This document shows, one piece after another, positions 38,848 to 53,594 of a stretch of DNA of 64,000 nucleotides (the stretch's first letter is position 1; each line of letters begins with the position of its first letter). Source of the DNA: Styela clava. Taxonomy: Eukaryota. The DNA lies in assembly GCF_964204865.1 (NCBI RefSeq), contig NC_135262.1, forward strand, positions 744,001-808,000, written 5' to 3'. The notes under the pieces were generated by a model. The model had not been told where the DNA came from and ran no database searches. It saw nothing but the letters and a program-made list of their open reading frames with translations. The translations under genes were made by a program, and so were the position numbers.

Positions 38848-40750
38848 CCTATGGTATTTCATAGCTATGGTATTTCAATTTTTTGGACGAAGATGGGGTC
38901 GTATGTATTTATTAGTATATGAAAAATGTTACGATGCGAGGGAAAGATGTATTATTTCGTCAACCAAAATAAAATAGCAGTCATCGTAATAATAATAACA
39001 ATAAAATAATTTGGTATAGACAGGAGGGATGATACGACCAGGCGGTCATCAAAGTCAACTACCCGCTCACACTATTATTTTTAAGATTTACAAATTCAGA
39101 TGACTAAATATAAATGTAGAACATTCTAGAATTTTATAATGATCAATTTTTTGTTTGCAGAGTGTTGTGTCGTGAACTCGAAGAATAGATGATGTTTGTA
39201 GATATTCAAAATGTATTACAGAAACACACAGTCATCGACTGAAGCATCAACAAAAGAAGAAAGTAAGATATGAGACAATTAAATACCAAATAAGAAATGT
39301 AATTTACATCAAAATACAATGCAGAGATGAAGTCCATCATTTTCATAAAATATGAATATAAAGAGCCACCACCGGTGAGATGAAAGAAAGATTTGTAAAC
39401 AATCCCGAATATGAGTTCTAGTAAGATATATCAAGTGGAGGGATATTATTGTAGGAAAAAATTCGTCATATATGATATTTTGGAAAAATGGTATTTTTTT
39501 TTTGGACAAAGGAGAAAATTATTTTTGTGTATGATGTTTCTTTTTCTTGTCTCTCATCCTTTTTTACTTTTCTTCTGAGCCTCTCTCGCTCGCTTATTTC
39601 CTACTTTTTTCCGACCACCTACTTGGAGTATTCGCTACCCCACTTTTCACTTTGTTTGATTTATTTTGAATTTTCCACCTATTTTTTCACAGCCTGCTTT
39701 CTCCGTCTTCATTTTCGCTGACTGACGACGGAGACTTACGGCTGGCTCAATGTTCTCAATTATCCACTCCATCTTAATGTTCTTTCGTTGCTGCTGCTCT
39801 CTCGGTTGGTTGGTTTCAGGCCCAGGCTCTATTCCCTCTCTGGGGCTCTCAGTCTACCTGCCCTCTGTTTGGTCTCTTGCTCGGTGGTTCCCTAACTACC
39901 AACGAATGATGCTGGATCACATCCATTCTGCTGTAGGCTACTTACCCTTATGCTGGATTCCCCCCTATGTCACCTTTCTGACCTGTTCTTTTCCCCTGGC
40001 TCTTCGGTCTAGCTGCCTTCGTCTCGCCCACTTACTCTGGACCTTCGTCTATCACCCGTCTATCTTGCTTTTCCATCACCTACCACTAAGGTCGACCGAA
40101 TCGAACCTGGTCTGATGTTTGACCACCTGTCACTGCGCTACTGACCAGAATCGAGTTGATCAGAATTTTGCGTAATTACCGTCATGCTTAGCTGTCTATA
40201 CCTCCCCGTCTGTTGGTTTCCCCACTCCCTTATACTTGGCATGATTTCATTTGACTACCGTCTTATTTCGGGTTTACTTCATAAAAACATATTAGAAAAA
40301 ATGTTAAAATTTTGCGCGGCGCTATTGCCACGGACCATAATGCCCGTGTTTGTATTGTATTGGTATTTCTCTGTATGTTATTTTGTCAGACATTTTATTA
40401 GGGCAGTTTCGATCGGATCTGGACTCCGACCACCCATTACACGCACGAGAGAAAAAAATCTCTCGCTCAGGCCATAATTTCAGGTACAAATATTACGAGA
40501 GTCACGTGGCTAGTCTCCGAACTTGTAACAGAACTGAAAGAAGGAATATTTGAATAAAATTATGGCCTAACCCTAACCCGGTACGCATACTACGTTCCGG
40601 TGTCCGCCATCTTGATTCTTATACTTCGGGAGTACCCAATAAACGACCAATCCGGAAACGATATCATACACACTGAAAATAAAATGAAAAGTACACCGAG
40701 GACCAAGCAATCGTTTCCAGGATTATTGTGAAATAAAAGTAGGCTATGAC

Positions 40751-40921
40751 CAGGGGTGGGATTCAGCCGGTTCGCACCGGTTCTATAGAACCGTCTCACG
40801 GAATTTTAGGAGATCAGCGAAGTGGTTAGCATTACTGAAAAAAACATGACTTTTTGTAACAGAACCGGCTGAAAAAATATGTGATGAAACCGGCTGACAA
40901 AAAATTTGAATCCCACCATTG
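40751..40921. mobile_element. hAT-like MITE
   Basis: TIR CAGGGGTGGGATTCA / TGAATCCCACCATTG, TSD GCTATGAC/GCTATGAA. Confidence 0.75.
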
Positions 40922-41006
40922 GCTATGAATAATCGTTTGTCTTTTCTACTAAAAAAGTGGTATTCTATTGCAGGTCAACTACAGTATTGTCTGTGGTGCC
41001 CTGGGC

Positions 41007-41610
41007 TTATTGGACACTTTTAGTGGACATAACGATCGTTTCAATATTATGTTGTTATTGTTATTATTTGTCTCCATCATTTTTAAAAAATCGCTTTTCT
41101 CTTCGGATACTGGACCAATTGCTTTGAAATTTTCAGTGGTTAAAGATAAAATTTTTCTCCAGAAGGCTATTTTTTTTTCGCTATGACGTCATCAAAATTA
41201 TTGCCATTGGGTGGCGCTACGTGTCCATATATTTGAGCATAGCTCTCTTGTGTTGTTTAATGATTTATCCAGCACTGTTTATTGGACACGAAATGGGTCT
41301 ATGAATCGTTTTGTTATCGTGTTCTTGTTTATGTTGGTCATTTGCTCCTTGTTGTTCCAAAAAAATCACTTTTCTCATTAACTACTAGACCAATTGCTTC
41401 AAAATTGTCAGTGGTTGAAGATGGTATATTCCGCTATATTTCATACAAAATTCCGCTGTATTAATTTTTAAGCGGTTTCGCAATCGAATATAAGGTCTAC
41501 AGTTACGGGTAAGTTACCGTACCGCTTATGATTTTCTGGGAATTAATGATGAAATATTTTGTTTTGCCTTCCGTGTCCATAAATTTGAGCATCGCTCTCT
41601 TATGTTCATG
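41007..41610 (-). mobile_element. Two tandem copies of an interspersed repeat, also present in forward orientation at ~23177-24045
   Basis: Shared blocks TTATTGGACAC, CCAATTGCTTTGAAATTTTCAGTGGTT and GTGTCCATATATTTGAGCATAGCTCTCTTGT. Confidence 0.65.
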
Positions 41611-42349
41611 TACTATCATAATGTTTCTCAGCTCAAAGTCTGAGACGAGAATGTTTCATCGTGGTGGTTTCACTTATTTTATATGTCAAGGGTTCTCAAA
41701 CTTTTGGTGTTATGGAGCCCGTGATGAGGTTGACTATCACAATAATTTATAAAAACAAAAACACATCATTACTTACGGATTAATTTTCATGAGCTAATTG
41801 AAATTACTTTAATTAATGACTCGGATGTATTTAAAAATATTCAGTATTTTGATAAATAAACGAATAGCTCGCGGAGCCCCTGGGCCTAGTATAGAGCGCG
41901 TTGAAAATCTATGTTCTATGTAACAAGATGAGATTGACCATATAACACTCTTTAGAAGTGTTGACAAATTTGCCGAAATTTTGTAGCCTAGGCCTACTAT
42001 GTGCCGCCATTTTACGTACCACTGAGGAGTTTAAAATAAATTATCTTGTGTATGTTTCCCGAGCATACCTTCCTTGTTTATTTCCGTAAAAATAACCAAT
42101 CAGCAATGAGTCAACAACGGTGTGTAGGTGACCAGTCACTCAGAACGGATCGTCGTACGGATTTTAAGCGTAAATCCTGTAAACATCATTAAGTCTGATT
42201 GGGAGATGCAATAAGTGTTAGTATTATCGCCATTTTTGGTAAAAAAATGATATAACTTATGTATTTGACTTAATGAAAGGGTTAATTGAGCGTTTGATAG
42301 TTCGATTTCAGGGAAACGATATTAAGAAGTTTGGGAGCCACTGATCTAA

Positions 42350-42695
42350 TGGACCTTTCCCCGAGCATAGACTTCCTTGTTTACTTCGTGACATTGGCCA
42401 ATCAGCAAGATGCAAAAAGTGACGTAACAATGCCCTATTTTCGCACCCGCTCAGACACTTTTCTCACTCAGTCAAATTTTCAGGCATGGTTGTAAACATT
42501 ACCTCGTTTTCGCGTTTTTGAACTCTATTCGTTAGTTTTCAGTTGTGTTTCGGAAACTTGAATAAAAATCAGATAATTTAATGATCCCTCTGTCTTTCTA
42601 GGAGTTTTAATTTAATTGCAGTAATAAAAATTAGTGTAGAAATAGCTGTGACAGACTAGGCTAAAATTCGGGGGTTAAAGGTCGGGAAAGGTCCA
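42350..42695. mobile_element. MITE, same family as 20635-21152 (opposite orientation)
   Basis: Near-identical reverse-complement internal sequence and the same TIRs. Confidence 0.75.
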
Positions 42696-45045
42696 TACGA
42701 TCATTAAAAACATACGATAATTCCTACATAACTCAACTTATTAGACATTTACTTGAATTGTCGTCTTATATTTGTTAATTTATCAGCTCATCACCACATG
42801 ACGCTCAAATACCGCCCTCGGGTCTCGAATTTTCTGAAATCTGATATAATAATGACAGAGTAGTGCGTCAGCGTGCTGAGAAATTGTCATAGGAAATTAC
42901 TACGCATGCGTAAATAATCTTTATCTATGTCGTCAGAATACTAACCGGATAACAAATATTTGTCTAATAATCAATTTTATGACAAAACAAATAAATGGTT
43001 GTCGTCAAGTGATTATGACATCATGTATACAAATATTGCGATGATGACATTACAGACTACCGGTATATTCGATGTATGTCTAATGCTAAACCAGTATTTT
43101 GAAAAATTTCGAAATTATGGTAAGATATTTATTATTCTTCCAAGGGATAGGAGAATCAATAAGACAGGCTATGTGTGTGCGACACAAACGAATATTATCA
43201 TAATAACGTATTTTATCATATATTCTATCGCAAGGGAGTCCATGCTGTACTTCCATATTTTAAACGAAACTTTTCTCTGAATTTCTGTCTCTTTGCGTAG
43301 TTCAATGAGGTTTTTACCGCTCACAAGTCGAAAGTTCGATTAGAGAGTTGTTACCCAAACTGTTATGGCTTGACCTTCCCCCCCTCTTGGTTATCATGAA
43401 ATGATATATTTCATTGTTATTTTGATTGGTAGATTCCAAATCTCAAAGTGATAACAACCTGTGAAATACCTCAAGCAATACAACGGAGAGTTTTATTGTA
43501 AAGTGAAAAGTAAAATGAGTTTCGCACCTAGCATTGTGGCGCCATCCTTTCCCAGGATCATATTTGAGTAACATTGCAAGGAACTGAATATATGCCCCGT
43601 AAATATTATGAATTTACTAACAAATCCCAGGATTCTATCTTTTGTTATAGAATACGTCCTCATAACGGGTCGAAGTATTTGAACACCCAACACGTAATAT
43701 CGTAGTCCTGGTGCACAAAACTAAGCCAGTTATAAGATCCATTAAAATAAAAATCCATTACAGCTGGGAACCGCTGGATTAGAGAGTATTTCATTGTTGT
43801 AAAATGAGTGGTTTATGTCGCTTCTTATAAACCTATTTCCAACAAGCAACAGATAAGGCCATTTAATTCAGAATCTAAACGATGGCAGAAAAGAAGTTTT
43901 GGACCTCCAGAAGTATGCGCACCAAGATGGCATAGTATGTAACCTGAACATAATATGTGTGTACCAGTTAGGATTCAGGTTGTGCGACATCTTGGTGCGC
44001 ATACTTCTAGCGCATCGAAGTTTTTTTTTAAATTCGGTTGATATTTCGCAAACTGAAATTATCCAGTGCGCTACGACGGAAAGTTTGTGTCATGGAAACT
44101 ACTTCAATAGATTTCTTACGGAGGCACATTTTACGGTATCAATATCCGGCAAAATCTCCTGCGTTGGTAAATTTTTGCTAAGAGATTGCTCAGTGAGTGT
44201 TTTTTACTTCTGAATGAGTATACCCGTAACTCAATCGGAGATGAATCTTTTCAATATTTGAGTGAACGCGTGTCCTTCGTTTGAGCGAATCTTTTTGAGA
44301 AAGAAAAAAGTTTTTGGGAAAACTTGTCATGCGCAAGTTTGTTACAAACATGGCCGACTGTTTATAAATATTTAATATTTTTCAACCACACCTCGAAAGA
44401 TATCACGTCTTCGGCTCGTGGGTTGTGACGACACATTCGTCACAAGACCAAACGATGATCACGCCACAATCTACCTCGGATGATTTCCGTGTCACGTGTT
44501 TTAAAATTCCCCAACCGATGAATTGGCTTCGCGGTAATCACCACTTGTAATGGCGTATGGCTGGATTTTGAAATATGGCATGACCGTTTCTTTCGGCTCT
44601 TTCTATGAACAATACTACGTACAAGTAGTCAATCACGTCACGAGTACGGAGTAGGGTTTTAGATAACAGAGATCTCTCCCCACCTTACGTGGGGGAGAGA
44701 TTACTTTATAAACCAGTGTGATTGAAACTTTTTTCATCACGAGTCACTTAGCACGGCCAAATTTTTTCGCGACCTTCATGAGTTAAAATAAAGCGAAGTT
44801 ATAATACTTCGAATGAGACCGACGTGGTTGTATATTATCAAACAAAATATCGAATCTTGCCTCTATATCAGTGATGTGGGCCCCATGACTGATTACAAAT
44901 TTGAACATAAGTCAAGTGTCGATTCAAGGTCACCGGAACCTTTGCGTAGCACCGGGGGTCGGGCCATAATTTGAACAGCCCATGAACGGACTCAAATTCT
45001 CTCTCTCTATATATATTAGTTCAACATTACGAGACGAGTAAGCAT

Positions 45046-45434
45046 TAGCGCTGGGCATTTTCGAATACCTTGTGAATTCAGAATCGAATCGAATAATTTT
45101 TTCGAATCGAATCTCGAATACTTTGAAATATATAATTGTAAGCGACTTTTTTATATTGATTGGTCCTCTTGACAAATGAATTACTGAAGACATAGAATAC
45201 ATCACTCAGATAGATTACTGAGCGTTCACACACAAAATAACAAACACGTTTTATCAGTAACTCACTAGAAAAAATAGACATATGTTAGAATTGCGTTGAA
45301 AAAATATGAATTCAATGAAAACAAAATTGGGGAATTCACCTCGACCATTGGCAAAAAGAAGAAAACAAGATGGCGGCGATTCGAAATTTAGCTCTGAACC
45401 GATTCGAATATTCGATTCGAAATGCTCAGCCCTA
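45046..45434. mobile_element. hAT-like MITE (TAG-type ends, subterminal TTCGAAT repeats)
   Basis: TIR TAGCGCTGGGCATTT / AAATGCTCAGCCCTA, perfect 8-bp TSD GTAAGCAT. Confidence 0.8.
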
Positions 45435-48400
45435 GTAAGCATACACCTGCCTGCGATCCTATCATAGTTCATTTATCATAGAATATGATATTTCACACCT
45501 ATTACGGAAGATACTATTTTAGTGGTCACCCGTCACTTTGCTCAGAGATGATGCTTTTGGGGGAATTTGGATGACCTTGCTAAACGCGGAATACACCATA
45601 AGTGGAGACGCAGTTCTTACCCCTTCATGGCAATTCCTGTCAAGAACGAACCGCGGCGTCTCTTGCCGTGATTTTATGGCGCTATTCAGTAATCAGTATC
45701 ACAGGTATATTCACAAAGTCATGTACCAGATTTTAGTATATCATGAGGAATTATATCCACTCAAGCCTGAAATCTAACCTCGAATCCATCGTATTTGTAT
45801 CTATAAGAAAAATGGGTACTCCTGAAGTATGCGCACCAAGATGTCGCACAACCTGAACCCAGACCTGGTACACAACATGCGCCATCTTGGTGCGCATACT
45901 TCAAGAGGTCCGAAAAATGTACTAACTTACCCAATATTTGTCACCATCAGGGGCAGCCCTGCCATTACAGCCGACATGCCTTGGTCACGACAGCAAAATT
46001 TTTCTCGCCATTGGTTTGTGACAGATAAAAGTCAATCGCCGTGGTTTGCCCATAGAGGCCATGGTTTGGAAATCTCGCCATGATTTTGCGGCAGCTTCAG
46101 ACGCCACAAAATACTTGAAACTGCACTTGCACAAGTATGTAGGCTACTGTACGGGGGTCTCTCATAACTGGGTCAGGTTCCCATCGCGTCTGGAGGGCCT
46201 GGTGTGGACTTCTTGACAATTCCGTCTAATCTGACTTCATCCATTTTTCTGACACTGCATTCTACTTTTTCTTCTCTTTTCTTAGTGTGTGTATGAGATG
46301 AGTTCGTGAGCTTGGGTGATTGTCTTATAATTCGATCACCCGGTTGATTCCCACTAGCGCTTTCCCGAGGTAGTTTGAGCTCTTTGCTCACTGAAATAAC
46401 TCCACTGATCCATGGGCTCTAAATTTATTTGATTGTATTTTATTCCCACTCCCGCCACTTATCTCCACAAATTCACGCTGGGCAATAGGCATGGACCACC
46501 ATATATATAGATATATATAGTAGTTTTATACCGCTCGCCCCCATTATCCCAATTTTAATTTTCAGATTTATCATATGTCACTAAATTACAATTTTGGTCA
46601 ATTGTCTTTAGATTTTTTTCTTTCTGCGACCACTTCACACTTTTCTTCACCTCAATTCGGTCGATTATTACACATACTGTGTTCAGGATGTGCGCCATCT
46701 TGGTGCGCATACTTCTGGAGGCCCAGGCAAGCGGTACAGTCGTTTTCATCTTTAGTTGCCGAGTTGGCCAACCCTTCGAAGCAAGATTAGCGGGTTGGCC
46801 ACGACTGGCGTTGATTCAAGTGTTATATATAAACTTCAATTATATATTCACCAGATCGCGAGTTACTTGACGATCATCCGTCATTTATTTCATATTTCTT
46901 TGGGGGGCTGGCCCAGTTAGATAGGCCGCAATATTTACTTTTATGATGACATTTGTTATTTTCATTACATGCTTAATTAATTTCTTATTTAGGTTAAATA
47001 TCATTTGTATAAATACTGTTTTAGCCCGCCCGTGTGGGGGAGGCCAGGGTTACTGGCGATGTACCGCAATGAAAGTACTCATGGTCAAAAAAATGTATGT
47101 ATGTTTAGTAGTCGACCGTATTTCGCTCAGAGATGTATGAGTATACATAACTTCTGAGCAAAACTTTGTCATTTCAGTGACAGCCCGTAAGTTTGATTAG
47201 AGATCACATTATTCTTAAAACCGAACTAAAAAAGCGCGAAAATAAATTCCAGCCATGACGTAAACTCACTTAACCTTGAACTCATTCCGCACGAATGAAC
47301 CCGAATCAACTTTGTTTCCCGCCACTCGAAGATTATCGAGGGCGTTGAGCATAATTTACGGATCATTCGAACTGAAAGAAATACCTAGCTAGAATACATT
47401 CCTTAAACTTTGTTTTCGCCACTTCTAAGAGGCCACGTATGAACGTTATGAGAGAAGACTTCCACTTGGTACCATTCAAAGCAATAATTCAAGTAGGACA
47501 GGATTCACATATTTCAACCTGGGGGAGAGGAAAGCCGATTAGACGGCCTAATCATATGAAGAACCACGGCTTCTCGTCCGGTTACCATTGACTTTGATTT
47601 GTTTGAGTTTTGACTACAATGCGTTCATTATTTTGCTTTCCTCTGTTGAATTTTAGCATTCGACGAAATGAATACAATATCTTATCAAAACTCATTAAAA
47701 GCAGGACAAGGAGTAAGGGAGCCACAAGTATTCAGGGTCTTTAAAAAGGCACAAAAGATGAAAGTCTGGAAACCACTGGCGTTATAATATTTAAGCCTGG
47801 CCGTATAGCCAAGAATTTTCTAAAGAGGGAGGGTTTTGACGTTTTTAATTCAGGATGGAAAACGTAAATTTTCATGAGTCTTGAGTGTATATAAATCGTT
47901 TCAAGGTACGAAAAATTGATGTTTATGATATGCTTTTCTTACATTATAAAAGGAGGATGGGTCCGCCCTCAGCGCTACGTCCCTGCACTGGAGGGTATTT
48001 CATAGAGACTGAGATGCCAGAAAAAGCCTCTGACACGAGACAACAATTCAATTTAACACGGACAGGGGAACAGTTAAGTTAGCCCTTCGAAATAAATCCA
48101 CAAATTTTTTCGAATAAACCTAAAACACAGAATAACAATTTCTTTTAATAGCGCAACTGAACCGGCACCGCCCACGTACCTCGGGGCGAGGAATAAATTC
48201 GGCATAAAATATGCGAAGAATTTTCTCTCGTTTCGCCAGGATTTTGTGGTATTTCATCGAAAATAGGCAGTTCGAGACAAGCTTAAAGTCTTGCGTCAAT
48301 GGGTACTTACTGGCGCCTAATGCACCACCCCTTCACTGAATACTAGCATCATTTGAGTATGACTCAGACGATCAGCCGCAAATACGTAGCTGTAAATGTT

Positions 48401-48679
48401 GTTCCCACACAGATTCGTGTTCGTATTACAGGGGCAGTGGCGTATCTAGGGTGTGGCAGCCATGGGCGCTGTTTGAAAAAGGCGCAGAATCGGTGAAGTC
48501 TTTTATTCGTAAACAATTTTAGCAAAATAATTTCAACTTGGAAATAATTGAAATTCGTATTTCTAGAGTATAACGTACAAGTGATTTGGTTTCTGCGAGA
48601 CTAACTACTTATCCTTCTTCTATTATTTTGTGCCGGTGGATCCGTATGCGTATGACGTAATAATGCTGTAGCAAGAGTA

Positions 48680-49008
48680 AAGACGAGAATATCGGTTGGA
48701 AACCGAAGACTTATCGATCGATAGTTAGGGGATCCCCCAAAACAGAAACTGCAGTTTCGATTCATCCGCTCTTGTAACTTGCGCACTACGCATCGCACAC
48801 ACACACTCGGCGGGTTTCAAAATTCTCTCGCTTTACAAAAATCTAGATTGCTATATCAATAATTGATTGATAACTCGCTAATTATACGACATAATTCGCC
48901 CAAAATCAATAGACTTCTGGTCCGAGATAAGATGAATGCACATGCAAAATCTGGAGCAGATTCAATCTCGCTTTCGTGAGATATCGCGTGCATCTAACAG
49001 ACACACAC

Positions 49009-49043
<35 letters not shown>

Positions 49044-49094
49044 TACAGACAAATACCTATCAATATACTTACCGATCTTAAGATCGATAAGTAA
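48680..49094 (+). mobile_element. Helentron-associated (HINE/DINE-1-like) non-autonomous element with (ACAG)n microsatellite
   Basis: Subterminal repeat CTTATCGATC, an (ACAG)n tract at ~48998-49050, and terminal hairpin TACTTACCGATCTTAAGATCGATAAGTA. An inverted copy lies at 63004-63290. Confidence 0.65.
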
Positions 49095-52000
49095 TAACTA
49101 TCCTAAGTGATACAAGAGTCCTACTGCACACTAACACAAATATATTTCCGTGACGATTCGTCTGACCAAGGTCAGACTTCTTCAGACATACATAGTTCAA
49201 CTATAACATGTCTGTTGTCCTATTATAACGCAGCAGTCCTAAACTGCAGTTCTACTTGTTGGGGTGCATGTCGGACATCTGTGTCTTAGGCCAAAAAGGT
49301 CTTAATAAACATGTATCCCGTCTCTCTTATACTGTTTAATTATTATGCAGATACTGTTACAGTTTTGAGGCAAATAAACATACAAATCCATATCCCGAGC
49401 AGGTTGAATAAAAATACAATACCTTTTTTAGTATTGGGATCCCTACGTGGGACACCCTGTAAGTGCGAGTGAACTGAATTTAACATCTGCCCGATACTGA
49501 TCCCATAACGGCATGACCGACATAGACTGGCAAATGGACGAGAGGCCGTGGTTTGCCACACGTTTCATCGGCTTTTTTCTCCCCCGGGATAAATATAAAA
49601 ATTCCATTCCAGGATTAAGCCGTCTGATCGGCTTTCCACTCCTCTGGATAAATACGAAAATCGTATAGTGAGCTCATTTCCGACGCAATCACTACGTCAT
49701 ATTATACATTGTTTTGTAAGAAAGCCACGTACCAATCGATTATTCGTTAACAGAGGATTTATAAACCGCCATTGATTGGTAATTGAGTCGTCATAATCGA
49801 TACTTTTTGTTTTGACATCTGTCGAACGAGAGATATGTAGAAAGAGGAAATTCGTTAAATATACTTGAATTTTACAGTAATTGTATTTACTTTTTTGGAT
49901 CAAATAAACGACTATTTTAATAAAGATATTCACGGGCTCCGAATAAGCCTTTCCACGAGAAAACACATTGATATGCAATAACTCATTTTTATTTTGGTGA
50001 TACGAAATCTTTCCGATTCGGTATTGTTCACGCAACATATTACACCCTTGATGGGGATGATTGGTGGGTGAGAGGGGCTGGCATGGGATTTGAACATCGT
50101 CAACATATTTAACCCCACTCAACGCCCCCCCCCCCCCCATTTCTCCCCCAAACTATGCATAAAAAAACGAACAATTTTAATTCTATTTAAGCCAAGAGAT
50201 CTTTATGATTACCATAAAATGCAAGTTAAATTGACTGTTTTTGTACGCTTATAATAAATCAACCACGGAATTCGATTTTTCATTGGCGAGTGCTTTGGGA
50301 TTCATGCTTTCAAAAAGTGTGTCATCTGAGACAAAAGAGTAGGAAGGCTTTGAGCTGCCTTATTGACAGCAGGTTCGGAATAGACGGGTAGGCAGCAGGT
50401 TGAGAATGAAATGGGTACGTGGCAGGAATCGCCTTTTCAATGGCGTCAAATGGTACCTGCGCGACATATACCCTCACAAGTATAATAACAGTTAATCTCT
50501 CAGTACATGTCAATGACCTGCCGATTAGTAAGAAAGTTTATTTTGTCACGTGGAATATATATTTGTGTTCTTGGAATCAGTATTGGATACAAGTCCATAA
50601 ACCCTGACTCGCGAGTCAACTCGAGACACGGCCACGGGCCATCTTAGTCTATGGTTAAGTCGGTGATCTTTCAAATTGGAGTGATAGAAAAAGTGTAATG
50701 TATAAGTATAGGTGAACTTTTCAATCTTTTTTTAAATGCAATTTTGCGGCATTTCAAGTAAGACATATTTTTACACGCTTTTTTCAACACCATTCAGCTC
50801 TAAGGAAATTGGAAGTGTGATGGCAAGTACATTCCCAACGCTTATCCCAATTGTCAACGGCAGAGTCCAAATACGGAAGTTGTTATTCAGGACTTTCAGA
50901 CTATTTTTCAAATCTCGCACTAACAAAGAAGCCGAAACTACGCTATAAAGTTGTCAATAGTACTATTGTATCGCCTTCCACAAAATCGGATATACTTGCG
51001 CGTCATATAGGTACTTTCTGTTGTGCAATTCATGAAAAGGCTTTCCCTTATCGATGACCGAATACGATCGAAGTAGTGCAATCTCTTACGACAGCATTTT
51101 CCAACCTTTTGTTTGTGCATGCCCAGGGGGGAAGATTCACACGAAAAAAAAATGCTGCTCAAAAATAAAACTCATTTTGTGTTTGTTAATGTGTACTTTA
51201 TGCCTTTGAAAGTTTGTAAACATGTAGGCAGGAATAAAGGTCAACTCTTCTTTTGCATCTCTGCCTGATTATTCCTCAGCGCACCTTCCGGGGACCGCTG
51301 TCTTATGCGCTTACACTTTATTTAAGCCGGCGTTCAGTTCATTCCGCATCGCCAATCCTGTTTACCAAGAGTGCCCACTCACTCCTGGGCACTCACGCCC
51401 GACTCGACCTAAGCGAGCCGTCGTCTTACCAATTTAAGTTTAAGGATAAGTTGGCAGCGTTTATTTTGCATAGGTGAAGGCACGCCACGATTTCTCAAAG
51501 CTCGCTGATTGCAAACAAGCGCAGCTTTCGGATTAGCGAAACTTATGAGTAATTACTGGTAAAAAATTCTATGTGAAAATGATTTTTTTTGCATTGGTAA
51601 TCAAAATATGCGGCCATAAAATCACTACATGTGGTTTATTATGCAAGCAAATTGTTACGTCGCGAGATTTCACCAATTTCATTAAAATATGGGTTGCTTG
51701 AAAAAAGGTGGCAACCGCTGCTATATATTACCGGCGAAGTCGTAAATCGCTAACGACCTGTTCGCCTGAATAGCTATTTAACCATTCCGTGTTCCGACAT
51801 GTACCGGTACCGGACGAGAGATGGTGGTATTGGTATGCCATATTATTAAGCCGTCTTATTGTCGACTTATTTCCTCCCTAAACAAATATATAAACCCTGT
51901 GCCACAATGAAGTCATCTTATCGGCTTTCCTCTCCGTTTTGTAATATAAACCCCCCACTATAATGCCGGCGTGGATCGCTAACAGCGTGGATCAAACATT

Positions 52001-53594
52001 CCGATGTTTACTTCGTCGACTACTACAAAGTTTTATTACGTCATAAATACATCGTGGAACGAACTTTAGATCGTCGTACTTTGGTCGGACTCGCGTGATT
52101 CTCTGGAATGTTATTAATGTTAAAAGTTGGAAAACAAATTAAATCTATTGGGAAGTTTTCGGAAATCGAAATTAAATGTTGTCGAATCGTTTATTTGTGG
52201 ATATCTTGGTGGATGTTGGATGATTTACATTGTGAGATCACGGCATCCGTCATTTTTTTTTGTATATAATGACGTGAAACGTCGCTTACACGTGTCAGTT
52301 ATCTCTCACTGCAAATGCTGCAAAGTTGCAATTAAACAAACATTATTAAACAATCGGATAATAAAGATTTCACTAGAAAAGATTTTATAGCGATTTCGAA
52401 GGAATGATTATTTTCAAAAGAATTTACTCTTAACAAGATCACGCGGTGACGCATTTACTATTGAAGAAGACTCGTAGCTTAGCAAAGTTACTGGAACTGT
52501 GTAGATTTATTGTGGTGAATCACGCGCCAACCAATGGCACGAGACTTTTAACAGTTTTAAGTAGTTCAGTCAACATCTATGAGGTACAACAGCCCGGAAG
52601 TTCTATACAGTCGCGTCTTTTTTGTGTGTGTTATTTCTGGCCAAAGCCTCGTCTTACAAGGTTTGTGTTTTTTTGTGAGTGTGTGCTGTAGAGCGGGCAC
52701 ATGATATTTCTTATGTTTTAAACATTTTTAAAGATTTACTCGCTCTCAAGAATTCTCCATTTTTGATTTGTGCGTATTATGGAGTTTTCAAAATAATTTA
52801 ACTACCTATCTTTGGGTAGTGCGTCCCGAAAACTGATTCGGGTTTGCTTTCGATTTCTTAGTATCACGACTCGAAGCGGGCTATATATAGATGTATCTTA
52901 ATTAAAAGTAGAGTACGATACGATACTTGAAGATTTACGTAAGTGAAGAGCGTGACGCACGCTCACGTTACGACAACAGAAACGAGAGAAAATCGCTCCT
53001 CGCTATTCGAACGTTGTCAGTTTATGAGAAATAAAAATAAATTTCACAATCATTTTGATAAAAAAATGCCAAATAAATAGATTTTGTTTGACTTTATTTG
53101 TATTCATTATTTTGTACGGCATCATCATTTTCCATGCGATTAACCCATTTCATAGGCTTTCTCGCTTCATAGGCCCGTCAAAATGAATTTTGAAACATTT
53201 ATGAATTTTAAACGGTAAACTGGACGGTTATTTTTATTTATCGCAAATGCGTCTAAAACGAATGACTGTTTAACTATTACCGCATCCGACGTTCGCTGAT
53301 AACTAAACGATAAATCTTGATTCGCCGAATCAAGCCGTTTCCCTTCCATCAGAGACAATGCACAACAATATTGTTATATACCATTTATGCTTCCATGTAA
53401 TAAAAAAAAAACAGTCAAGTTGATTCTATAAAACCTTTTTTGAATTATATTTCTTCGGTGGACCACCAAATATGTATTTTTACTTTCTGGATAGATCCAA
53501 AAACTCATTTTTAAAACAGAATCGAATTCTTAATGGCAAAATACACGCATAGCGACATACCGTAGCAACGAGAGAGAAATTGTCACCGGCGTTT

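Noticed and set aside
39722-39760. Additional hammerhead candidates (CTGACGA at 39722, CTGAGGA at ~23133)
   Set aside because: Neither has a convincing stem II followed by GAAA.
39750-40115. 121-aa ORF in a pyrimidine-rich tract
   Set aside because: Low-complexity composition with no motifs or exon structure; probably a repeat remnant.
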